IMG/VR virus record: IMGVR_UViG_3300017917_001176
Span: 1-64,000 of that record
Source of the DNA: a virus
DNA: 64,000 nucleotides
Direction: 5' to 3' (one strand)
The notes under the pieces are model-generated. The model was not told the origin of the DNA, searched no databases, and was given only the letters and a program-made list of their open reading frames with translations. Below are positions 35,375 through 42,709 of the stretch, piece after piece (within the stretch, counting starts at the first letter, position 1; each line of letters starts with the position of its first letter). The position numbers and the translations under genes were made by a program.

Positions 35375-36025
35375 TTATCCTTCGATCATGTTCACTGGTA
35401 GTTGAGAATAGTCAACAAAGTAATACCCACCGCGGTCGGTACCAAGTGCTGACTCATATTTTGTTCCAAGTAGTTCTTGTGCAATTACACCAATATACTT
35501 TTTGTCTTTGTTCCACTTGTAGGTATATGAATACACATTCAAGTCACCTTCTGTACGCAGGAACTCAACATTGTCTTTTAGACGTTGGTCACTGTAGTTA
35601 CAGTTACAGGTACAAGCATAGTTACAGTTACAGGTACAGTAGTTACAGTTACAGGTACAGTAGTTACAGTTACACAAACACACTGCGCCAGCAGTTTTAA
35701 CTTTCTGAATCATTGCATTAATATTAGCAGCGTACACAATACCATCTACGGCAACGTTGGTAAATCCTGCTGCGTATGGATAACTGCCAGTGGACAAATT
35801 TCCCTGCATGAGATTCAAATGTCTAGCAAGGATGTTTCCATCTGTGTACACTGTTTGTACTGCTCTTGCGGCATTACCTCTGCGAGCAAGTTCAGAGTTT
35901 ACAATTCCGGCCAACTCTGCCATCTTAGATGCTAGTACCCTGCTGTCAACTGCTGCATTAGCTGTTGTGTAGGTTACTGCATCGTTGATTGCAGTTCCAC
36001 CTTGTTGTTCTGGTCCAATTGGCAT
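35375..36025 (-). CDS. fibre-like protein with (CxCNCNY)x4 core and C-terminal Peptidase S74 intramolecular chaperone
   Basis: CLCNCNYCTCNCNYCTCNCNYACTCNCNY-SDQRLKDNV...GVIAQEL...VDYSQL; RBS AAGGA. Confidence 0.85.
   Translation of the reverse strand: MPIGPEQQGGTAINDAVTYTTANAAVDSRVLASKMAELAGIVNSELARRGNAARAVQTVYTDGNILARHLNLMQGNLSTGSYPYAAGFTNVAVDGIVYAANINAMIQKVKTAGAVCLCNCNYCTCNCNYCTCNCNYACTCNCNYSDQRLKDNVEFLRTEGDLNVYSYTYKWNKDKKYIGVIAQELLGTKYESALGTDRGGYYFVDYSQLPVNMIEG
35594..35680 (-). repeat. 21-bp tandem repeat x4 encoding CxCNCNY
   Basis: GTAGTTACAGTTACAGGTACA units on the + strand with one 3-nt insertion. Confidence 0.95.
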
Positions 36026-36037
36026 TTCTATTTCCTT

Positions 36038-36421
36038 TTAAATTTCTTTTTTAAGAAAATCTAAACTGTCAGCTGCTTTGGTCTGCGCTAAAAACTTTTC
36101 GTAGTCGTCTAGATCTGATGTAATAAATTCCAAGGTGGCTGCGTCTGGCACTTTAGTACTCAAAATTTCAGTTTCGGTCTGCAAGGAATTGGTTAGAATA
36201 TGACTGACCAATTGCTCTAGGTCGTATCCCAGTGCCTTGGACACAAAGTCAACCTGCTGTGTGAGATCCACTGTTTCGCGTTTGCCAGCTTCTGCAACTG
36301 CTTGAATGGTATTCACTGTGATGCCAAATCCTTCTAGTAGCAGCGCACCAACAGTTGGATCCTCATCGCTGATCTCTTTGATAAGTGCATAAATTTGTTC
36401 GATTTTTTCAACGATAGTCAT
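36038..36421 (-). CDS. hypothetical acidic helical protein
   Basis: 127-aa ORF, ATGA-coupled. Confidence 0.7.
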   Translation of the reverse strand: MTIVEKIEQIYALIKEISDEDPTVGALLLEGFGITVNTIQAVAEAGKRETVDLTQQVDFVSKALGYDLEQLVSHILTNSLQTETEILSTKVPDAATLEFITSDLDDYEKFLAQTKAADSLDFLKKEI

Positions 36422-37317
36422 GTTAGTTCCTTGTCTTTAAAGTCATGAAATTTTGGAGAGTTTTCGTAATTCTCGTACGTTGTGACATTACCTTCGTCCG
36501 TATAATACGTTTTGAGCTCTTTTCTTTCACCACAACCACTGCACATGTCGCAGAAAAGCTCGCAAACAGGCGTGGATATAGTCTTATTTATCCAGTCCTG
36601 ACGCAGCAGCTTTTTTGCATCTTGCAGCTTTTGCATGTCTTCGGGCTGTAGTGTGCTCCAGGCCACGCTGGTGATCAGGCGCCCTGGGCGGAATGTTTTA
36701 ATAACACGAGTCATGTCTTCATACAGGTGATTTATGTTGCCCTGCTGTATGGTATATCTAATGCGGAATTTTACTCCGTTTTTTAACAGATTGCGAAACA
36801 CCTGTATCATCATAGGAGTGGACTCTGTTCCAGCATGTGTTACTCTGTCCTGATTACCAATACCGTCAAAACTAACATCAATGCTCAACAGTCCACGCTG
36901 GTAGAAAAACGTGTTTTTAACTTCGTCAATAAACCGCTGACTTAGGAATTTGATGCCATTGGTTTCCAAATTAAAATGCACATTGTTCTTTTTATTGTAT
37001 GCGTATTCCATTGCATAGCACACGTTCTCCCATTCCAATGTGGCTTCGCCGCCAAACAGTACAATCAATGTTTGGTTATCTGGATTTTCTCTAGCCAGTA
37101 TCGAATCAATGGAGTCTCGTATGTTTTGCTTTGATAGTATCTGCGGAGGCCGACCTGGCAAATCCTCGTAGCAGTAGGTACACGCCAAATTGCACTTGTT
37201 GGTAAAGTATAGAACATTAACGCCAGATCCTGCGGGTGTAGGAAGATCTGTTTTATCGCCTACATAAAAGTTTAGGCCAGGGTTCGCACCAACAAAGGAT
37301 CCAACAATCTGACTCAT
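36418..37317 (-). CDS. radical SAM protein (maturase-like, short C-terminal Cys motif)
   Basis: CNLACTYC, FGGEATL, SFDG, CELFCDMCSGC. Confidence 0.9.
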   Translation of the reverse strand: MSQIVGSFVGANPGLNFYVGDKTDLPTPAGSGVNVLYFTNKCNLACTYCYEDLPGRPPQILSKQNIRDSIDSILARENPDNQTLIVLFGGEATLEWENVCYAMEYAYNKKNNVHFNLETNGIKFLSQRFIDEVKNTFFYQRGLLSIDVSFDGIGNQDRVTHAGTESTPMMIQVFRNLLKNGVKFRIRYTIQQGNINHLYEDMTRVIKTFRPGRLITSVAWSTLQPEDMQKLQDAKKLLRQDWINKTISTPVCELFCDMCSGCGERKELKTYYTDEGNVTTYENYENSPKFHDFKDKELT

Positions 37318-37634
37318 TGTATAATCATCTTATGTTTGTTTTTGTATCGCTCTTCTTCACGCATGGCTTTTGCTTGTTTGATTATATGACTCATGTTTTC
37401 TAAAAAACGCACATAGTCATATTTGTAGTCAAACAGATGTCCACGCTCGTCGAGTTCAAAGCCAACATACTGACTGTCTACCTTGGCTTTACCTTTACGT
37501 GCTTCATCAATCTGCGCTTGTAACTCTTCTGTGGTTAACACTCGATTGCTTGCATGCTCAACAGGCTGCATCTCAACCTTGATAGGTACAGCAATAATAC
37601 TCTTAAAAGATTTTTTTGGTTTTAGTTCCGACAT
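37314..37634 (-). CDS. hypothetical protein
   Basis: 106-aa coupled ORF. Confidence 0.65.
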   Translation of the reverse strand: MSELKPKKSFKSIIAVPIKVEMQPVEHASNRVLTTEELQAQIDEARKGKAKVDSQYVGFELDERGHLFDYKYDYVRFLENMSHIIKQAKAMREEERYKNKHKMIIQ

Positions 37635-38746
37635 TCCACACCCTCGTTTTCTACACCAACGTTTTCAATGTAATGCAATATCAAGTCTTGGAACAATGGT
37701 TCATCGCGGCATTCTTCAACCACACGCATGGCCTGTTCATAATAGATATGAAACAGTTCGCAGATACTGTCCAATGGCTTGTTATCATTCATAACCTGAC
37801 TATAGGTACAGCCTGCATTACATACCTGCTTGAGATCGCAAGGCTCGCACTTGTCATAGCTGCCTGGATTGAAAATCTTTTGATAGTACTTGAAGTCGTA
37901 TGCTTCGTCCATCTTCATGATCTTCTTGCTGGCAAAACGAGCACAGGGATAAAACTCTCCTGAACTCATTAGCACACCGCCATTGGTTCCTGCGAAGCAA
38001 CCAAACTGTCGCTTGCCTTTGACCAAGCCGTATAGAATATCTAGTATGGCCAATCTTAAAAATCCAACACTGCACGGAACGCCTTCTTTGATCTTCTTGA
38101 TCCAGAATGTTGCTAGACGTTCGCATTCATAGCGGAATTCAACAATGTCTTCTCTGGTCCATACGTCATCTCTTACGATAGAGAAGTCAGGATGCTCGAT
38201 GCCCCAGCTTAATAGGAACTCAAAGTTCTCTACCATGTCCTTGGTGTTGCCAGGCCAAATCATCACCTTGCATCCGTTGGTAAGACCAGTGATCAATTCC
38301 TTCTTGTAATTGTACATGTCCAGAATACCGTCAAACAGTTCACCTGTTTCTGGATTGGTATTTTCCAACAGCGGCAACAAAGGTCGTGTTTCGTTAGAGC
38401 TCATACCGTCAAAGCTCCAACTAACACCCACACCGTTTTCTCTAAGATAAGTGGCTTTTTCCTCATCAATCATGGTGAGGTTGGTAATGATGTTAATACC
38501 CTTACACTTTTTGTCTGCTCTGAGTTTAGGTACTGCATGTTTGATCAAATCAAAGTTCAACAGCGGCTCGCCACCAAAGAAACTCACGTGATACTCTGCA
38601 TCACCTGATCGTAACATCAGCTTGTGCAGATCCACTAGACCTTTGTCAAATATTTCGTTGGTCATCCAAGTAGGACGGTTGGCCACATAACAATACGGGC
38701 AACCTAAATTACATTTTTCTGTTACGCTTACTTCTAGAGTGAACAT
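37622..38746 (-). CDS. radical SAM/SPASM domain peptide-maturase-like protein
   Basis: CNLGCPYC, FGGEPLLN, SPASM CFAG..YPC..CEPCDLKQVCNAGC..C. Confidence 0.92.
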   Translation of the reverse strand: MFTLEVSVTEKCNLGCPYCYVANRPTWMTNEIFDKGLVDLHKLMLRSGDAEYHVSFFGGEPLLNFDLIKHAVPKLRADKKCKGINIITNLTMIDEEKATYLRENGVGVSWSFDGMSSNETRPLLPLLENTNPETGELFDGILDMYNYKKELITGLTNGCKVMIWPGNTKDMVENFEFLLSWGIEHPDFSIVRDDVWTREDIVEFRYECERLATFWIKKIKEGVPCSVGFLRLAILDILYGLVKGKRQFGCFAGTNGGVLMSSGEFYPCARFASKKIMKMDEAYDFKYYQKIFNPGSYDKCEPCDLKQVCNAGCTYSQVMNDNKPLDSICELFHIYYEQAMRVVEECRDEPLFQDLILHYIENVGVENEGVECRN

Positions 38747-39840
38747 TGCTCTGCCTCAAATTTAATCACTGGCTTTTTATAACTCTTGAGTGCAGTACGC
38801 AGTGCATGATGAACGATCTCATTGCTTTTGAATACTTTGCAAACCTGCCAGTTACTGGTGTGGTCGCTCCACTTCTCAAGGTATGTATCTTTCTCAGACT
38901 TTTCATATGTGGCTGCATTACATTTCATACAGAACTGACTGTCGCAGCTAATACAGTCCAGCGGCTGATTCTTCAGCGCATCTCTGTACATGTCTGTTTT
39001 TTCTTTAATCAGTGCATCTAGGTCTGGTGCCTTAAAGATGTTGCCAATCACGTGTGCATGAGATTCTTTGTACATACAACCGTGGCAAGGACTGATATCG
39101 CCATTCAAGTCTACGCTGATATAGTTGATACCAGATGCACACAAGGCACGACTTTGTGTGAACCAACCAAACTTTTCCGGAGGCAGTTTGTTTACATAGA
39201 TGTACTTGGCAATCTTGGTCAAGCCTTCTTTAAGCACTTCCAGGCGCGGCATGAACTCTTCTTCAGTTAACTGTGAGTACATGTCGGGTGTTGGAAAGTA
39301 GTTTTCGTCTAGTTCAATTACATCAAGAAACGCTTCGTAGATCAAATGAAAGTGTTCTGCTGTGAGTACGCTTTTCATGCGCACGTTCAAGCCTGCTTGC
39401 TTGGCAGCAAGGTAGTTTGATTTAACCAATGTAGAACTTGGATTGCCTGCCTTGTCAATACGAGTAATATCGTTTACTGGCTTGCCATCATAGCTGACCT
39501 GAATATTCAAACGATTTGGCATAGCTTCGTGCAAACGCACTAGATCCTTAAGATACTTTTTCAAGTATACGCCATTGGTGTAAAAGAAAAAGCTGTAGTT
39601 GGTGTCGTCTTTGTATTTCTCCATTACGCCACGGCAGAAGTCATAGTTAACAAATGGCTCGCCGCCCCAGAAGTAAATATCCTTCTTGGGATCGCTGATT
39701 TTGTTCATGAACTCTTCGATGTTTTCCAAGGTTACTTCTGTGTTTTCCTCGTATGCTGTGCTCAGACCGCACTCAAATCCTTCTGAACAGTAGGTGCAAG
39801 CTAGATTGCAAGTACTGGTTACATTAATATCAATTACCAT
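38734..39840 (-). CDS. radical SAM/SPASM domain protein
   Basis: CNLACTYC, WGGEP, SYDG, CASG..SPCHGC..CISCDSQFCMKC..C. Confidence 0.92.
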   Translation of the reverse strand: MVIDINVTSTCNLACTYCSEGFECGLSTAYEENTEVTLENIEEFMNKISDPKKDIYFWGGEPFVNYDFCRGVMEKYKDDTNYSFFFYTNGVYLKKYLKDLVRLHEAMPNRLNIQVSYDGKPVNDITRIDKAGNPSSTLVKSNYLAAKQAGLNVRMKSVLTAEHFHLIYEAFLDVIELDENYFPTPDMYSQLTEEEFMPRLEVLKEGLTKIAKYIYVNKLPPEKFGWFTQSRALCASGINYISVDLNGDISPCHGCMYKESHAHVIGNIFKAPDLDALIKEKTDMYRDALKNQPLDCISCDSQFCMKCNAATYEKSEKDTYLEKWSDHTSNWQVCKVFKSNEIVHHALRTALKSYKKPVIKFEAEQCSL

Positions 39841-40567
39841 TTCTATACCCTTTGTTAAGTTCTAATACGGTGTCCAACAATGCTAGTTTGTATTTATGGG
39901 TTAAAGCCTGCGTGTCTTTGGGCAAGCAAGGGCCGCCAAATCCTCGCTGGCCGTCTGGCCCAGGAACTGCAAAGTGATGTGAACCCATCCACGGATGCGT
40001 GGACAAAATCTCTGCCGCAGTAGCATAATCTGCACCCATATCCTGGGCAACATCATAAATGGAATTCATGTATGTTACTTTGAGCGCATAGAATGTATTC
40101 ATTGTGTATTTTATAAGAGATGCCGTGGGAATGTCAACCAAATAACAGTTTGATGTGTCCACAGTTGATTCTCTAGCATACAGATCCAGCAGCTCTTGCC
40201 CACGCCGGCCGCCAATGATCAGGTATTCTGGATTAACAAAATCCTCTAGAGAAGTGCTGCGAGTTAAAAACTCTGGGTTGTACAGCACATCAAACCCTGC
40301 GAGATGCTCTGGCAGCACTGTGCTTTTGACCACCACTAGACCTGTGTAGTTGGAGTCTTTGATTTCTTGTAAAACTGATTTGAGCAGTGCGTAGTCTGTG
40401 CCATCCGAGGGTGTAGGAACGCACACAAAGATTGCATCCAGCTCCATTTTGCAAAGGTGCTTGACGCTTACTGTGTTATATTTAGGGTCTGAGTAAAATA
40501 CTTGAGTTTTGGAAAAGCCGTGTTTGACGGCTCTTCCAACCATGCCGTAGCCAATAATTCCGATCAT
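39830..40567 (-). CDS. UDP-glucose/GDP-mannose dehydrogenase family (lacks C-terminal domain)
   Basis: GIIGYGMVG, CVPTP, KSTV, NPEFL, GFGGPCLPKD. Confidence 0.88.
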   Translation of the reverse strand: MIGIIGYGMVGRAVKHGFSKTQVFYSDPKYNTVSVKHLCKMELDAIFVCVPTPSDGTDYALLKSVLQEIKDSNYTGLVVVKSTVLPEHLAGFDVLYNPEFLTRSTSLEDFVNPEYLIIGGRRGQELLDLYARESTVDTSNCYLVDIPTASLIKYTMNTFYALKVTYMNSIYDVAQDMGADYATAAEILSTHPWMGSHHFAVPGPDGQRGFGGPCLPKDTQALTHKYKLALLDTVLELNKGYRNGN

Positions 40568-40603
40568 AACAATATGTATGCGGCGCTAGGGCCGCATCCA
40601 ATA

Positions 40604-42673
40604 TTATCTAACCTGAACTACGGACATTACCAATGCTTCTTCGGCAGTTTCTTTGTTTTCTAGTGCGCGACCAAGTACATTGAATGCAGTTGCTTCGCCA
40701 TCAGCAGCAGCACGAGCACATCCGTTGCCAGCTGATACCAATCGCTGTCCTTTGGTTACTTGTCCTACCACACGAACATTAACACGACCAGTTAGTGCAA
40801 TAGGTGGATGTGTGTCATTGTCTCCTGCACCTTCATTCATCAGGTACGCAAAGTTATGACTTACTACACCAAACACTGTTTCGCTGGCATCTGTGTTTTC
40901 TTGTGTGACTTCGTGTGTGCCACCAATAGTAACCACAGTTCCTTCTGGGTACGCAGCATCAGCAGCAAAACGTTCTGCCAAGTCAGCGTATGTTGCACGG
41001 AAGGTTGCGCCCGATGCCAATTGCCATGTACCAGTAACAATACTGGTACTCAAGCCTGAGTGAATACCTTTAACGTAAGCATTACCAAACATCTGTGCGC
41101 TGCTACCAATGTCACCTGTTCCGCTGGTGCCACCTTTAACCACACTGTGAACGTTTGCAGCAGTCACATACACAGTACCAAATCGCATGTCTGGCTGGCC
41201 AATATCACCAATACCTGGGGTTGTGCCAGATGTTGCGCCATGCACAATACTGTGTACGTTGGCTGTGTTGGCGTAGAAATCTCTAAAGCGGTTGCCTTCG
41301 TTAGCTAGGTCACGAATGTTGTTTTGGTCAGGTGCTAGTACACCCAAGATACTGGAAGTACCGTCACGTAACAATGATCCGGTGCTCAATGTGCCCAGTG
41401 TGCTTTGAATTGATCTAACGTTAGAGAACATACTGGCTGTTGCAGCAGGTGCAATACCAGGATTACTCAACACGTTGGCATGAATAGCAGCAACGTTGGC
41501 CCACAGTGCAACCACGTTGGCTGCAAAGTTTTGACCAGAATTCATAATCTGATTCCACTGAGTGCTGTTGCCCAACAATGAACCAGCTGTGTAAATGCCC
41601 AACTCGCTTTGTAGTACACGAACGTTACCGTACACTGAATTGGTGTTTGCTGTCAACGCAGTGATAGATGAGTTGATAGTGTTGGTGTTAGACGCAATAA
41701 AACCTTTGATAGCATTATCAGCAGTATCCACATAACCTTTGGTAGCAATACCAAGTACGCCAGTTGGGTCTGCGTTCACTGTGATCAAGCCAGTGTTTCT
41801 ATCAACAGTTAATACGTTAACGGAAGTACCGCCTGCATTTTCTGGTTTGGTTGCAATAATAAAACCATTGCCGCGATATACGCTGGACAGTGTTAGGTTG
41901 TTGTCGTTAACACTGATTTCTGCATAATCAATTGTACCACCAGTTTCTGTAATCTTGATACCGTCAGTGTTCTGAATTTCAATCTGCGCATCAACCACTG
42001 GTGTGGTTTTGGTTAGATAGTTTGCTGCAAGAATACCGCCTAGGTAAGAGGTGTTGTTTGCATTCTCATAGTACACCAGAGCTGGAATACGATCAGTTGC
42101 TAGGTTGAAACCTGGCTTGACTGTTAGGAATCCTGGAATAGCAGGGCTTGGAGTAAACGCTGTGTCCTTGCTTAGAATAGCAACCAAGTTGTTCTGTACA
42201 AAGAACTTAACAACCACGTGGCTAACCAAGCCGCTGTCAATAATGGTGTCAGCAATCGCGCCTGACGTACCAGTGGTGGCAGTAAAGCTAGGACCAATAA
42301 CAATCCAGCTTGCGCCTGAATATGTTTTCAACTGTTGATTAACTGTGTCAAACCACAAGTCGCCTGCAATGGCATTGCTTGGGGCATCGCTGGTGCTTTG
42401 TGCTCCAGAGATAGTTTTCCAGTTACCAAACTTGTCGTATACCTGTAGTAAACGAGTATCAGTTCTCCACCAAAGTTGTCCGACAATTGGGTTCAGTGGC
42501 GCCGATGACGATGCAAAGTTTTCTAGCAGTCGTATAAAGTTCTCATTAAGGAACGTGCCATAACCAGCATAGTTTTTCCCAATCAGTGTCAAGCTACTAG
42601 CAGAACTGTTGGTTTGTCCATCTGCTACTGTAGCTAACGGTGTTCCATCCGTTTTAATAATGTTATAACTCAT
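40604..42673 (-). CDS. tail fibre/appendage protein with C-terminal autocleaving chaperone-like domain
   Basis: N-terminus LIGKNYAGYG...ENF..P..GQLWW; C-terminus YADLAERF..GRVNVRV..KGQRLVS..GRALE. Confidence 0.75.
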   Translation of the reverse strand: MSYNIIKTDGTPLATVADGQTNSSASSLTLIGKNYAGYGTFLNENFIRLLENFASSSAPLNPIVGQLWWRTDTRLLQVYDKFGNWKTISGAQSTSDAPSNAIAGDLWFDTVNQQLKTYSGASWIVIGPSFTATTGTSGAIADTIIDSGLVSHVVVKFFVQNNLVAILSKDTAFTPSPAIPGFLTVKPGFNLATDRIPALVYYENANNTSYLGGILAANYLTKTTPVVDAQIEIQNTDGIKITETGGTIDYAEISVNDNNLTLSSVYRGNGFIIATKPENAGGTSVNVLTVDRNTGLITVNADPTGVLGIATKGYVDTADNAIKGFIASNTNTINSSITALTANTNSVYGNVRVLQSELGIYTAGSLLGNSTQWNQIMNSGQNFAANVVALWANVAAIHANVLSNPGIAPAATASMFSNVRSIQSTLGTLSTGSLLRDGTSSILGVLAPDQNNIRDLANEGNRFRDFYANTANVHSIVHGATSGTTPGIGDIGQPDMRFGTVYVTAANVHSVVKGGTSGTGDIGSSAQMFGNAYVKGIHSGLSTSIVTGTWQLASGATFRATYADLAERFAADAAYPEGTVVTIGGTHEVTQENTDASETVFGVVSHNFAYLMNEGAGDNDTHPPIALTGRVNVRVVGQVTKGQRLVSAGNGCARAAADGEATAFNVLGRALENKETAEEALVMSVVQVR

Positions 42674-42709
42674 TCCTTAAACTCCAATTTGTTTTTAATA
42701 TTTATGGTA

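Noticed and set aside
35594-35680. Possible CRISPR array
   Set aside because: Repeats are contiguous with no spacers and are in-frame coding units
35585-35935. Plus-strand VTVTGT-repeat ORF (antifreeze-like look)
   Set aside because: Antisense shadow of the Cys-repeat/S74 gene, which has the RBS, operon context and recognisable domain
24902-39840. 7-deazaguanine DNA modification (QueE-like) or anaerobic RNR activase as the role of the rSAMs
   Set aside because: No folE/queC/queD/dpdA or nrdD in the window; motifs are standard CxxxCxxC with SPASM/twitch-like tails and the context is tail genes. Not fully excluded for genes outside the window
40578-40597. Hairpin ATGCGGC/GCCGCAT between the fibre gene and the tailoring cluster as a terminator
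   Set aside because: No T-run on the minus strand; may be a processing or stability hairpin, so read-through into the cluster is plausible
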